Assembly (NCBI GenBank): GCA_041648295.1
Contig: JBAZPF010000002.1
Span: forward strand, 1 to 36,789
DNA from: Candidatus Margulisiibacteriota bacterium
Lineage (GTDB): Bacteria; Margulisbacteria; WOR-1; XYC2-FULL-46-14; WPAF01
Reading direction: 5' to 3'
DNA length: 36,789 nt
Below are positions 1-8,676 of this stretch, piece by piece. Position numbers and translations under genes: made by a program. The notes under the pieces are model-generated. The model did no database searches. It saw only the letters and a list, made by a program, of their open reading frames with translations, and was not told the DNA's origin. The first letter of the stretch is position 1, and every line of letters starts with the position of its first letter.

Positions 1-603
1 GTAATATTCGTAAAAAGGATTTTCCTGGTCGTTTTCGATTATCCATTTGGCCATCAGCGCCCCACCCCTGCTTACGATATCCATCAGCCGCGGATGCTTT
101 TTTAAAGCATCGACCGAAGCTCTGGTCACCCCGCAATGGATGGTCATAAAGTCGACGCCTTCTTTGGCCTGCGACTCGACTACGGAAAACATTCCGTCTA
201 TTGTCATTTTATCTTCAACCATGGCTTGATAGATGGGAACGGTGCCCAGAGGAACCGGACAATTTTTAATTATTTGCTTCCGGATAGCGTTAATGTTGCC
301 GCCGGTAGATAGGTCCATTACGGCATCGGTCTTTGAATCTAGCGCAGCTTTAAGTTTCTTTAATTCTTCTTTTACATTGGGATAATCGGCGGAGGTGCCG
401 ATGTTCGCATTAACCTTTACCCTCATCCCTCTGCCTATGCCTACGCCTTTTGAATTCTTATGCAGAGGATTAAAAGGAATTGCAATTATTCCGGACGCAA
501 CACCACGAAGTATCTCTTTCTCCGGCAAATGTTCGTCGCGCGCGACCTGCCGAATTTCCCGGGTTATTATCCCCTTGAGGGCTTGTTGTCTCTGGGTTGG
601 CAT
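1..603 (-). CDS. thiC: Phosphomethylpyrimidine synthase ThiC, N-terminal ~200 aa; gene runs off the left edge
   Basis: Hand translation of the reverse strand from ATG 603-601 gives MPTQRQQALKGIITREIRQVARDEHLPEKEILRGVASGIIAIPFNPLHK...VKVNANIGTSADY...DAVMDLSTGGNINAIRKQIIKNCPVPLGTVPIYQA...GVDFMTIHCGVTRA, open to position 1. VNANIGTS, DLSTGG, PLGTVPIYQA and DFMTIHCG are ThiC signature blocks. It is missing from the ORF track only because it is truncated. Confidence 0.9.
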   Translation of the reverse strand, partial: MPTQRQQALKGIITREIRQVARDEHLPEKEILRGVASGIIAIPFNPLHKNSKGVGIGRGMRVKVNANIGTSADYPNVKEELKKLKAALDSKTDAVMDLSTGGNINAIRKQIIKNCPVPLGTVPIYQAMVEDKMTIDGMFSVVESQAKEGVDFMTIHCGVTRASVDALKKHPRLMDIVSRGGALMAKWIIENDQENPFYEYY

Positions 604-1124
604 TATGTCTTATATTCGCGGGTTTCTTCGGGGGGCCGTGCTTCTTTTGCCAGTTTCATTGCCAGGGCAACCGCTTCTTTTGCCGTATTGGCGCGATGGA
701 CCTTTTGGTCCATTTGTCCGCTGTGGTGGATAAATTGCCAGGTATTGAGGCCGACCACCGGGATTTCATATCCGAGCGCAAATGCAATCTCGGAAAGCGT
801 GCCGTAGCTTCCGCCGACCGCAAGAACCACATGACCGGTTTTGATGACCAGTTTATTCCTGGCATAACCGATGCCGGTGACGATCGGGTAATCGATGTAC
901 GGATTGGCTTCTTCGCGTTTGCTGCCGGGAAGGATCCCGATAGTCGTGCCGCCCGCGCTTTTTGCGCCCCTGCACGCGGACTCCATCGCTCCTTTTAACC
1001 CCCCGCAAACCAGAACCGCACCGGCTTTAGCTATCTCTGCCCCGACCTCTTCGGCCAGTTTGGAGATCTCAGGCGAGGCATGGCTTTCACCCACAACTGA
1101 TATGAATATTTTTTTATCTGGCAT
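603..1124 (-). CDS. LOG / TIGR00725-family Rossmann-fold protein (lysine-decarboxylase-like)
   Basis: 173-aa ORF. CGGLKGAMESACRGA and VGGSYGTLSEIAFAL match the GGxxGxM and (P)GGxGTxxE blocks of the LOG/TIGR00725 family. Its stop overlaps the thiC ATG (TAATG on the - strand at 605-601). Confidence 0.75.
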   Translation of the reverse strand: MPDKKIFISVVGESHASPEISKLAEEVGAEIAKAGAVLVCGGLKGAMESACRGAKSAGGTTIGILPGSKREEANPYIDYPIVTGIGYARNKLVIKTGHVVLAVGGSYGTLSEIAFALGYEIPVVGLNTWQFIHHSGQMDQKVHRANTAKEAVALAMKLAKEARPPEETREYKT

Positions 1125-1130
1125 GGATTG

Positions 1131-1139
1131 ATTATATCA
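1131..1139 (-). promoter_or_regulatory. Extended -10 promoter (TGATATAAT), 6 nt before ATG 1124: leaderless LOG-thiC transcript
   Basis: The reverse complement of 1131-1139 is TGATATAAT. 1125-1130 (caatcc on the - strand) is the only sequence before the ATG, and there is no SD. Confidence 0.6.
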
Positions 1140-1140
1140 C

Positions 1141-1170
1141 AAAAAAAGTGGCAGGTTTAATTGCCACTTT
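1141..1170 (-). terminator. Rho-independent terminator of the 1198-1746 gene
   Basis: The - strand reads AAAGTGGCA-ATTAAACC-TGCCACTTT followed by TTTT (7 consecutive T in total), 28 nt after the stop of the upstream gene. Confidence 0.7.
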
Positions 1171-1197
1171 ATCGTTTCGATCTTATTCCCTGCCTGT

Positions 1198-1746
1198 TTA
1201 TTTAGGTAATGGCAGTTTTGATGGCTGAATAATGATCGGTCCCTGGATTTTATACGCTAAAGTTTTTGACATCGTTAAAATGAAGGGATTCTTATCGGTA
1301 CCAAACCCATCACCGTTCTTTTTCTTTCCTGATGGAGGGACACCATTGTCAGCACTTATCCCCTTTAAGGCGCTGAACAATATATCCAATGTTTGCTTAT
1401 AGTACCCTGCTTTGGTTGCTTCCAATTTAATATTTGCGGTGAGCATAGGCGGGGTCGTGCTCTTATATGTATCGTATTCTATTGAATTCATTTTGGCTGG
1501 ATCTTTTCTAAGCCCAAAATAAAAATCAACATTGCCTTTGCTGTCAGACAATAACGGCGAACCTTTGGCATAATAAAATTTATCCTGCCAAGCATCGGTC
1601 AGCGTCAGATCAACCGAAACGCCGTTTATTGGGGTTTGCAAAGTATAATCAATAACTTTTACGGAAATATGGTCATATGCCCCATAGCTCACGGAAAACA
1701 AAGCTAAAACGAACAAGATCAGCAGACCTCGCGTTGTATATTTCAT
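1198..1746 (-). CDS. Secreted hypothetical protein (signal peptide; possible prealbumin-like beta-sandwich)
   Basis: 182 aa. N-terminus MKYTTRGLLILFVLALFSVSYGA looks like a signal peptide. SD GGAGGG lies 5 nt upstream of ATG 1746 and TATAAT lies further upstream. No family recognised with confidence. Confidence 0.7.
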   Translation of the reverse strand: MKYTTRGLLILFVLALFSVSYGAYDHISVKVIDYTLQTPINGVSVDLTLTDAWQDKFYYAKGSPLLSDSKGNVDFYFGLRKDPAKMNSIEYDTYKSTTPPMLTANIKLEATKAGYYKQTLDILFSALKGISADNGVPPSGKKKNGDGFGTDKNPFILTMSKTLAYKIQGPIIIQPSKLPLPK

Positions 1747-1798
1747 ATTTTCCCTCCATAAAAATTATACCCCCCTTTTAAGAAAAGGCAAATGCTAT

Positions 1799-1827
1799 TT
1801 GAAATATTTCTCTATCTTTGATAAGAT
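1799..1827 (+). promoter_or_regulatory. Sigma70-like promoter of leuC (TTGAAA-17-TAAGAT with TG extension)
   Basis: TTGAAA at 1799-1804, 17-nt spacer, TGATAAGAT ending at 1827. ATG 1839 is only 11 nt downstream and there is no SD, so the leader is very short. Confidence 0.5.
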
Positions 1828-1838
1828 GAATTGAACAT

Positions 1839-3122
1839 ATGCCACAAACCATCTCTCAAAAAATATTAGCCAAGCACGCGGGATTAAAGTCCGTCGAACC
1901 CGGACAGCTGATCAACTGCAAAGTTGATCTCGTCCTGGGCAATGACATAACCGCCCCTACGGCAATAAAAGAATTTGAAAAGATCGGCGTAAGCAAAGTA
2001 TTTGATAAAAAGAAGATCTTCCTTGTGCCCGATCACTTTACCCCTGCCAAAGATATAAAGTCCGCCGAGCAGGTCAAGATGATGCGGCATTTTGCCAAGA
2101 AATACGGGATCGTCAATTTCTTTGAGATCGGCTGTATGGGAGTTGAACACGCATTACTGCCGGAGATCGGCGCGATAAAACCGGGTATGCTGATAATCGG
2201 CGCGGATTCGCACACCTGCACCTACGGCGCGCTGGGCGCATTTTCCACCGGCGTCGGGTCAACGGACATGGCGGCAGGAATGGCTACCGGAGAGGTTTGG
2301 TTCAAGGTCCCCGAACAATTAAAGTTTATTTACAAAGGAAAACTGCAGAAATGGGTCGAAGCAAAAGACCTGATCCTCTACACCATCGGGCAGATCGGCG
2401 TCGACGGCGCGCGTTACATGTCAATGGAATTCACCGGTCCAGTGATTGATAAACTTACGATCGAAGGCAGATTAACTATGGCGAACATGGCCATCGAGGC
2501 TGGCGGGAAAAATGGCATTTTTGCGCCGGATCGTAAAGTTTATGATTATTTAAAAAATAAAATAAAACTCAATAATTGGACATTGGAAATTGGACATTGG
2601 AAATTATTTGAATCTGATCCTGACGCCGAATATAAACAGGTTTATGAGTGGGATGTTTCAAAGATCGAACCGCAGATCTCCTTCCCTCACCTGCCCAGCA
2701 ACACCAAGCCGGTGAGCAAATGTAAACATATAAAGATCGACCAGTCGGTTATAGGCTCCTGCACCAACGGGCGGATTGAAGATATGCGGGTCGCGGCCAA
2801 AGTGCTTAAAGGCAAAAAGGTCCATCCCGATGTCAGATTAATTATTCTTCCGGCCACGCAGAACATTGAACTGCAAATGATCAAGGAAGGTTTAACGGAG
2901 ATTTTCATCAAAGCGGGCGCGGCGGTCTCCACCCCTACCTGCGGCCCCTGCCTCGGCGGCCATATGGGAATTTTGGCGGAGGGCGAAAGATCGATCGCGA
3001 CGACAAATAGAAACTTTGTCGGCAGAATGGGACATCCAAAATCTGAAGTTTATTTATCTAATGTGGCGGTGGCAGCGGCGTCAGCAGTAGCGGGACACAT
3101 CGTCAGTCCGGAAGACCTTTAA
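1839..3122 (+). CDS. leuC: 3-isopropylmalate / homoaconitate dehydratase large subunit (short archaeal-type LeuC/HacA)
   Basis: 427 aa. Aconitase-family blocks are [28 protein letters not shown] and [12 protein letters not shown] (Fe-S Cys ligands). No small-subunit gene is adjacent. Confidence 0.9.
   Translation: MPQTISQKILAKHAGLKSVEPGQLINCKVDLVLGNDITAPTAIKEFEKIGVSKVFDKKKIFLVPDHFTPAKDIKSAEQVKMMRHFAKKYGIVNFFEIGCMGVEHALLPEIGAIKPGMLIIGADSHTCTYGALGAFSTGVGSTDMAAGMATGEVWFKVPEQLKFIYKGKLQKWVEAKDLILYTIGQIGVDGARYMSMEFTGPVIDKLTIEGRLTMANMAIEAGGKNGIFAPDRKVYDYLKNKIKLNNWTLEIGHWKLFESDPDAEYKQVYEWDVSKIEPQISFPHLPSNTKPVSKCKHIKIDQSVIGSCTNGRIEDMRVAAKVLKGKKVHPDVRLIILPATQNIELQMIKEGLTEIFIKAGAAVSTPTCGPCLGGHMGILAEGERSIATTNRNFVGRMGHPKSEVYLSNVAVAAASAVAGHIVSPEDL
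2575..2602 (+). repeat. 7-bp x4 tandem repeat inside leuC (ATTGGAC ATTGGAA ATTGGAC ATTGGAA)
   Basis: Read directly; it is equivalent to a perfect 14-bp x2 duplication. It encodes [10 protein letters not shown] in what looks like a variable linker of the enzyme. Confidence 0.9.
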
Positions 3123-3125
3123 AGA

Positions 3126-4382
3126 TCACTTCTTCGGGTCCTTTTCCGCTTTCCGCGCCATTTTCATCCAGCGCCTGGCCACGGCGGCTTTATCGCCTTC
3201 GCCCTTGGCTTCCAGCGCCAGCGAAAGTGAAAATAATCTTGCGATCTCGCGGCTGTTCTGGTTTTCTCCGCCTCCCCCAGCTTTTACTGTTTGTCCGGCC
3301 AAGCCACGGACTTTTAAAAGGAGCGTTTCCACTCCTGCGCGCTCTACAGGTGAAAGCTCCTTTAATTCAGCCCGCAATGCATCGATCTCTTCCGTTCCTG
3401 CCCGACCTTTCACAATATCGTCACTTAACTTTATGGCCTTCCCGACCGGCCCCAGGCATTCACACTCATCGAGCAATTTTTTCCACAGCCTGGAATGAAG
3501 CGCACGCGCATCGGGAGCCGAAGGATCTATTTGGGTCAAAGCATTGGAGGTTTCCATCGCTTGGCTTATTCGGACAAGGCGCTCTAGATCTTTATTAAAG
3601 TTCGTATCTACTTTTGGACCGTTTTCAGCCAGGGTTTTGCCGTTACCCTGCAGCGTTTCTAAGCATTGCTTGACCTTCGACAATTCCCTCCTCAATTCGT
3701 CCAATCCCGTCTTAACCAAATCAATCTGCGCGAGGCTCACGTTCAGTTCTCCGGAAAGCGCCACTCTTTCCAGTTCAAGCAAACGGGTCCTTCCCGTTAC
3801 TTCTTCCGAATATTCAGCCAGCTCTTTTAGCAACTGCATTTTCCTGTCTTCGCACTCCAGGATCTCCGATCGAAGCTTAGCCTGACTGTTCCTGGAACCG
3901 AAATAGACAAGAACAAAAAACGCGGTTACAACTGCCGCGCCTAATGTAAGAACAAGTCCATGAGACAATAAGCCAAAAGCATGCAAACTGCCCGCTGCGA
4001 TCGCCGAGGAAGCCGACACCCCGCTCATAACAAACGCTATCCCTTCCATCCAACTATCTTTTTTTAATTCGCTTATCAGCTTGATGGAACGGTTCATTTC
4101 ATTTTCGATTGCTTCGAGAGATTTATGCGTTACCGGAAATGTCCTGACCAGGTCATCGCCTGCCGTTCCCTCACCCCGGACAAAAACCGCAGGCAGTTCC
4201 ATATCGACCGGCCGACGATCGATATTTACATTTGCATACGCCGGCTGCAAGCCGTTTAAGAGCACCGGAAATTCCCGTATGACCTCCGCGCCGGCGCGGA
4301 AGATCTCTCTGGTCGTAAGGTTCCGATAGGCAAGCTGGCCGACTTTATATGCGATCCGGTTGGAGACAGCTCTTATTCCCAT
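3126..4382 (-). CDS. Hypothetical membrane protein: central ~48-aa bilobed hydrophobic segment plus long coiled-coil-like C-terminal region
   Basis: 418 aa. IAFVMSGVSASSAIAAGSLHAFGLLSHGLVLTLGAAVVTAFFVLVYFG reads as two adjacent TM helices. It is followed by heptad-like charged sequence (LRSEILECEDRKMQLLKELAEYSEE...). The ATG overlaps the upstream gene by 10 nt. Confidence 0.7.
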   Translation of the reverse strand: MGIRAVSNRIAYKVGQLAYRNLTTREIFRAGAEVIREFPVLLNGLQPAYANVNIDRRPVDMELPAVFVRGEGTAGDDLVRTFPVTHKSLEAIENEMNRSIKLISELKKDSWMEGIAFVMSGVSASSAIAAGSLHAFGLLSHGLVLTLGAAVVTAFFVLVYFGSRNSQAKLRSEILECEDRKMQLLKELAEYSEEVTGRTRLLELERVALSGELNVSLAQIDLVKTGLDELRRELSKVKQCLETLQGNGKTLAENGPKVDTNFNKDLERLVRISQAMETSNALTQIDPSAPDARALHSRLWKKLLDECECLGPVGKAIKLSDDIVKGRAGTEEIDALRAELKELSPVERAGVETLLLKVRGLAGQTVKAGGGGENQNSREIARLFSLSLALEAKGEGDKAAVARRWMKMARKAEKDPKK

Positions 4383-5302
4383 GATTTCAATTTAATGCCG
4401 TCCCAAAGCGCGGAAAATATTTGGCGGGTCTCCTCATAAAGCGCTTTGTATTCACGGATATTAAAACCCTGGACCAGATCGGCGTTGCCGGTTTTTTCTG
4501 CCAAGACCCTGATAGCGGCCGCGGAACTGAAGGTCACTACATCTCTTGGATCGCCGATCATGTCTCTAATGTCTTCTCTTATCACACTGCCGTTGGCCGG
4601 TTTATCAGGCATGGTCAAAACCGCGATCCGGTTTGCGACCACTTCACCGAGAGCGAACAGCAAGCAGTCCATAATAAACTCCGCCGATTCATAATCTTCG
4701 TTTTCTGCCGCTATTTTTTCGTAGATCCTATAAATATCAAAGGCTTCGCTTTTTAGGCCCGTTACAAATGGGCTTGAAATTCCTTCCGCCAGCGAGCGGG
4801 CAAAGATCTTAAGTAGATCAAGCGCTTTGAGCTTATCAAGATTTCCCGCCCGGACGAGGCGCATATGTTGGGCGGCCCAAGTTTTTGTATTTTCGGAAAC
4901 TCCCTGCCAGAGGATATTATGATCCAGGGTCAATACGTGGCCATATTCATGCGCCAGATAAAAATCGAATTTCTTTAATAAGCTCAGAGGTGGATTCTGA
5001 GACGGATTTATGATCAACTCTTTTCCGACGATCGCGATCGGATCGTCGATCATGCCTTTTTTCTCGTCCGTAAACGCCACGCTGGTTATTTTTACTGGTT
5101 CAAATGAAGGCCCAAAGAGGCTGAATAAACGCCGCTCAAACGATCCAATCTTCCGCACAACTCCCTGCAGAATAGCGTTGGTATAGCCATGATGCTGTGC
5201 AACGGCTGCTCCGTATAAGCGGGCCGCATTGGCCGGCGGCGGTGTTGATCCAATAGTACTCATACTATAGTATCTTTGGTTTAGTTCGAATATTTCACTC
5301 AA
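4373..5302 (-). CDS. Putative zinc metallopeptidase (HExxH; motif context resembles ImmA/IrrE-type FxLAHExGH)
   Basis: 309 aa with FYLAHEYGHVLTLDH. The start is uncertain (TTG at 5302, or ATG 39 nt downstream at 5263), and no clear SD precedes either. Confidence 0.6.
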   Translation of the reverse strand: MSEIFELNQRYYSMSTIGSTPPPANAARLYGAAVAQHHGYTNAILQGVVRKIGSFERRLFSLFGPSFEPVKITSVAFTDEKKGMIDDPIAIVGKELIINPSQNPPLSLLKKFDFYLAHEYGHVLTLDHNILWQGVSENTKTWAAQHMRLVRAGNLDKLKALDLLKIFARSLAEGISSPFVTGLKSEAFDIYRIYEKIAAENEDYESAEFIMDCLLFALGEVVANRIAVLTMPDKPANGSVIREDIRDMIGDPRDVVTFSSAAAIRVLAEKTGNADLVQGFNIREYKALYEETRQIFSALWDGIKLKSWE

Positions 5303-5330
5303 TTTTCTGAACGCGTCTTTGCCGTTGGAT

Positions 5331-6071
5331 TTATTTTAGCCCCGCCAGCTTAATGCTTGCGGCATATTGAGCGAAAGGGACCTCGTCCAAGACTTTCAGC
5401 TTTTTAAATCCGGCTTTCTTTGCAAAGCCGATATAATCTTTTTTAAGCACCGCGCCGGCGATACAGCCAACATAAGCTTTTTTTGAATTCTTTACGGACG
5501 CGGGCAATTCTTTTAAGAGAACGATATCGGAGACCATCAATCGGCCGCCTTTCTTGAGAACGCGAAAGGCCTCTTTAAAGACCTTGGCTTTATCCGGCGA
5601 GAGATTGATAACACAATTGGAGATAACGATATCGATCGAATTATTTTCGACCGGCAACTGTTCGATCTCGCCCAGCCGGAATTCGACATTAGAATATTTC
5701 CCTTTGCGTACATTCTGCCTCGCCTTCTCGATCATTTCGGGCGTCATGTCGACGCCGATGACCTTGCCTTTTTTACCGACTCTTCTAGCGGCGAGGAAGC
5801 TATCGAAACCGGGACCGGAACCGAGGTCAAGGACGATTTCGCCCGGTTTGATGGATGCGAGCGCAATGGGGTTGCCACAACCGAGGCCGAGGTTGGCGCC
5901 TTCGGGAACCGATGATATCTCTTTATCGGAGTAGCCGATTGCTTTGCTGGCCGCTTTCGCTTCACTTCCACAGCACGGTTCATTCGCCGCACTGCAGCAA
6001 CAGGAACTACTCTTTTTAGCGATCACCCCGTAGTTTTCACGAACTTTTTGTTTTATATTTTTGGATTTCAT
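5331..6071 (-). CDS. arsM: Arsenite S-adenosylmethionine methyltransferase-like (ArsM family)
   Basis: 246 aa. Cys-rich N-terminus ([14 protein letters not shown]), SAM motif [11 protein letters not shown], and conserved Cys contexts [12 protein letters not shown] and VGCIAGA typical of ArsM. SD GAGGAG lies 6 nt upstream, preceded by TATAAT. Confidence 0.8.
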   Translation of the reverse strand: MKSKNIKQKVRENYGVIAKKSSSCCCSAANEPCCGSEAKAASKAIGYSDKEISSVPEGANLGLGCGNPIALASIKPGEIVLDLGSGPGFDSFLAARRVGKKGKVIGVDMTPEMIEKARQNVRKGKYSNVEFRLGEIEQLPVENNSIDIVISNCVINLSPDKAKVFKEAFRVLKKGGRLMVSDIVLLKELPASVKNSKKAYVGCIAGAVLKKDYIGFAKKAGFKKLKVLDEVPFAQYAASIKLAGLK

Positions 6072-6161
6072 GTTCAGCTCCTCAAGGAGATTATACTATA
6101 TACTGTGAAATCCCCGACAATATTTTTTGATAACCTATTAAGCACTATGTGAGAGGAACAA

Positions 6162-6830
6162 TTATCCGGTAAGGTCTGCAGGGACATAATGATATTTTTC
6201 CACTAAAACATTAAATATCCTAAGGCTCAATTTTAGAAATTCTACTCCTCTTGAATAATTCAGGCCCTCTTTCTCCTCTGTTTTCGCTGCGGTTCGCAGG
6301 GAATCGATCTTTTCTGCCGTTATCCCCAGGTCACGCATTGCCTGATCGACTGCTTCACATTTTGGCCGAGTGAGGCCAATAAGGCTCGGCTCGCGATAAA
6401 ATCCATCGGGAAAGTATAATGGAAAATTGTTGAGGTAAGAACCAAGGCCCAGCCACAGGTCACGATCATTATAAGAATCAGGCTGTAGAAGCAGCTCTTT
6501 TAACCTTTGCCTGGTCTTTTTGGCAATTGGATCATCATAGAAACCTTTTATGCTGTCTATTAGGAGCTGATCGTTCGGATCACTGGCTCTAAATAAATGA
6601 CAATTTTTAATCGGGAGAAAACAGTAACGATAAAAAGGGTCTTCGCGCATCATCTGAATGGTCCGCGCCGGTATCTCGCGCAATCCCATGAATCGGGCTA
6701 AATCAACAATTTGGCGCAATAGATTGTACGTTCTTCCGGGATTAAGAGGCAAGCCTGTTTTTAACGGCTGAAGGCGCAAGCCCGCGCCGCTAAATTTTAT
6801 TCTATCAAAGACAGAAATATCATATGCCAT
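6162..6830 (-). CDS. Hypothetical protein
   Basis: 222-aa ORF with normal-looking composition. No motif recognised. Confidence 0.6.
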   Translation of the reverse strand: MAYDISVFDRIKFSGAGLRLQPLKTGLPLNPGRTYNLLRQIVDLARFMGLREIPARTIQMMREDPFYRYCFLPIKNCHLFRASDPNDQLLIDSIKGFYDDPIAKKTRQRLKELLLQPDSYNDRDLWLGLGSYLNNFPLYFPDGFYREPSLIGLTRPKCEAVDQAMRDLGITAEKIDSLRTAAKTEEKEGLNYSRGVEFLKLSLRIFNVLVEKYHYVPADLTG

Positions 6831-6850
6831 TCTAATTGTTTATCGATACG

Positions 6851-6966
6851 AATAATGAAAAATTTCAGAGAGAACCGGAAGAGAAGCCAACCAAACGAAT
6901 GGGATTTATTGCGGAATAACGTGCCGAGTCCGTACGGACGAGGCACACATCAATTCGTCATTAATC
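6851..6966 (+). repeat. Bracketing element, copy A (AATAATGAAA ... hairpin GTGCC-GA-GTCCGTACGGAC-GA-GGCAC ... ACATCAATTCGTCATTAATC)
   Basis: It shares ordered blocks with copy B at 13727-13785 (AATAAT..GAAA, TGCCGA, CGAGGCA, ACAT, ATTCGTCATTA, ATC). The hairpin lies at 6921-6946. Confidence 0.7.
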
Positions 6967-7011
6967 TGGGATTGGCAACGAAACGGGCCGCGCTGAAAAT
7001 GTTTATTCTAT

Positions 7012-7650
7012 TCATGACAGATTTTGCAAAATAAATTCCTCTGTGAAGCTTATAAGACTTTTAACGTTTTGCATATCTATTTTGCTCCAATCAGCGTGAA
7101 AAGCCTTATTCCGCGTTTGCACATAAGAAGATAATAAACTAGCTTGCGGACCTTTAATTAATCCTTTGCTTTTAATAGCGTTAATCACTTCTGACATATC
7201 TTTTCCTTCTACATCCAATCCATTTAATGCTGAATATCTTTTTAATGCATCTTCAATTGCGGCCGAAGCTAAAACGGCAGCAACATCTTTTTGACCATCT
7301 TCAGCAATTGACTTCGACAACGCAAGAAAATCAGCAACCACACTACCAATAACTTGTTTTTCTAAATTAAAAATTAATTCATTACTTATATCTGATCGTA
7401 TGCCTTTTAAAACACCCAACAAATAATCTTTACATTCTTGCATAGAACTTGTTTGCCAAGAAACGGAATCATATATTTTAACTTTATAATCAGACATAGT
7501 TTTCAGCCTTGTATCATTCCTACCGTATAGATTCTCAATTATTGTCACTGTCCTAAAATAGACCTGGTTGATTATCTCAGGCGTAATTCCCACATTAAAC
7601 AGAGAAACAATTTCATCCACAATGCGCGAATAATCTTCTTTCTTTTTCAT
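7012..7650 (-). CDS. HEPN-like protein (Abi_C / DUF4145-like C-terminal domain with Rx4H motif)
   Basis: 212 aa. The C-terminal helical region ...AAIEDALKRYSALNG...LSSYVQTRNKAFHADW carries R-N-K-A-F-H (Rx4H), the HEPN catalytic signature. SD GGGGGA is upstream. The gene is AT-rich. Confidence 0.55.
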   Translation of the reverse strand: MKKKEDYSRIVDEIVSLFNVGITPEIINQVYFRTVTIIENLYGRNDTRLKTMSDYKVKIYDSVSWQTSSMQECKDYLLGVLKGIRSDISNELIFNLEKQVIGSVVADFLALSKSIAEDGQKDVAAVLASAAIEDALKRYSALNGLDVEGKDMSEVINAIKSKGLIKGPQASLLSSYVQTRNKAFHADWSKIDMQNVKSLISFTEEFILQNLS

Positions 7651-7971
7651 TTAACATTCCCCCAATATTTTATTTATTATATCATGCCTCCCCTTGCTTT
7701 TTCCTATAAAGGGCGTAGAATTTTAATGGTTTCAATTGAGTCTAAAGATGCTCGAAACATAATTTTGTGATGCTCATAATAATAGGGGCACAACAACAAG
7801 AAAAGGAATGGCGATATTTTGGCTGAGGAAAACAAACAGGGTAAAACGATAATAAAAAAGAATGCAGCAGATTACGATGCGATAATTCAAGCAGTCCGGA
7901 ATCGAGGAACAGAAAAAGAAGAGGTACAAGGAACCGACACTCCCCCTCTTGAGAAAGAGAAGGAATAGTAA

Positions 7972-8370
7972 ATGGATATTGTTGCCGATTTTTTCGCTAA
8001 ATATGGGCCACTTGTCATAAGTTTGGCAACTACAATAATTGCAATAGTTACGATATGGAAGCAGACAGACCAACAAAGGACTAATTTACTTTTTAATATC
8101 TATAAAGAAGAAAGGGGAATTCGCGCTCATATAAGTAATATGCTCAAAAAAGAAGAATTGTCTGATTTGGACGCGGAAACCTTCTTTAATCATTTTGAGA
8201 TGTTGGCTTATCTAGTCAATAAAAAGAAAATCAAGGAAGAGGATGTAAGGGCCATTTTTCTTCCAGGCATAAAGGCTGTATATTTGAACTTGAAAGAGAA
8301 GGAAAAAATAAAAGGGGATAAATACAAAGAAATAAATGAATTCATTGAAAGAATTCAGAGGAAATTATAA
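7972..8370 (+). CDS. Small membrane-anchored hypothetical protein
   Basis: 132 aa with an N-terminal TM helix (GPLVISLATTIIAIVTIW) and a Lys/Glu-rich soluble part. RBS AGAAGGAA is upstream. Confidence 0.6.
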   Translation: MDIVADFFAKYGPLVISLATTIIAIVTIWKQTDQQRTNLLFNIYKEERGIRAHISNMLKKEELSDLDAETFFNHFEMLAYLVNKKKIKEEDVRAIFLPGIKAVYLNLKEKEKIKGDKYKEINEFIERIQRKL

Positions 8371-8579
8371 TGACTGGAAAATCAAAGAAACCTAAAAATG
8401 GGACATCTCATAAAGAACATAATAAAAAAGTAAAGTTTTCTAATAAAGGTGTAATGCGTGGACGTTCAGGACAAGGCGCTTCAGTTGTTAATTGTTTTGG
8501 TTGCAAAGCAATGGATTATGATGAAATATTAAAAATACTGAAGCCCAATGGAAGAAAAAAGAAGAAGAAAAAAGCATAA
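8370..8579 (+). CDS. Lys-rich mini-protein, hypothetical
   Basis: 69 aa. The ATG directly abuts the preceding TAA stop (TAAATG). Very basic, ends in KKKKKKA, with a single CFGC. The coding status is plausible but unproven. Confidence 0.4.
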   Translation: MTGKSKKPKNGTSHKEHNKKVKFSNKGVMRGRSGQGASVVNCFGCKAMDYDEILKILKPNGRKKKKKKA

Positions 8580-8676
8580 CCACTTTAAAATACAAAATAA
8601 ACCTTTCAGAGCAACAAACCTCATCAGCACTCAGGCATCATTGCTTTTTTCCGTAAACAGCGTAGAATTTCTGCAT

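Noticed and set aside
47-1131. Plus-strand ORFs overlapping thiC and the LOG-like gene (47-229, 395-733, 460-807, 597-998, 895-1131).
   Set aside because: The opposite strand encodes unmistakable ThiC and LOG-family sequence. These are shadow ORFs.
6855-7034. A 59-aa plus-strand ORF (MKNFRENRKRSQPNEWDLLRNNVPSPYGRGTHQFVINLG...) running through bracketing element A.
   Set aside because: It has no SD or promoter, and it overlaps the 3' end of the HEPN-like gene by 23 nt. It is not called as a gene, but its frame is mentioned in the element A/B finding because copy B preserves the same frame.
7774-8076. A 100-aa minus-strand ORF in the divergent AT-rich spacer.
   Set aside because: It has a Phe/Leu/Cys-rich low-complexity product, overlaps the start of the better-supported 7972-8370 gene, and has no RBS.
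8548-8676. An N-terminal 43-codon extension of the receiver ORF (MEEKRRRKKHNHFKIQNK...), overlapping the end of the 8370-8579 ORF.
   Set aside because: The receiver fold begins at NILIIYDE just after M44/M45, and the extension is low-complexity. The true start remains uncertain.
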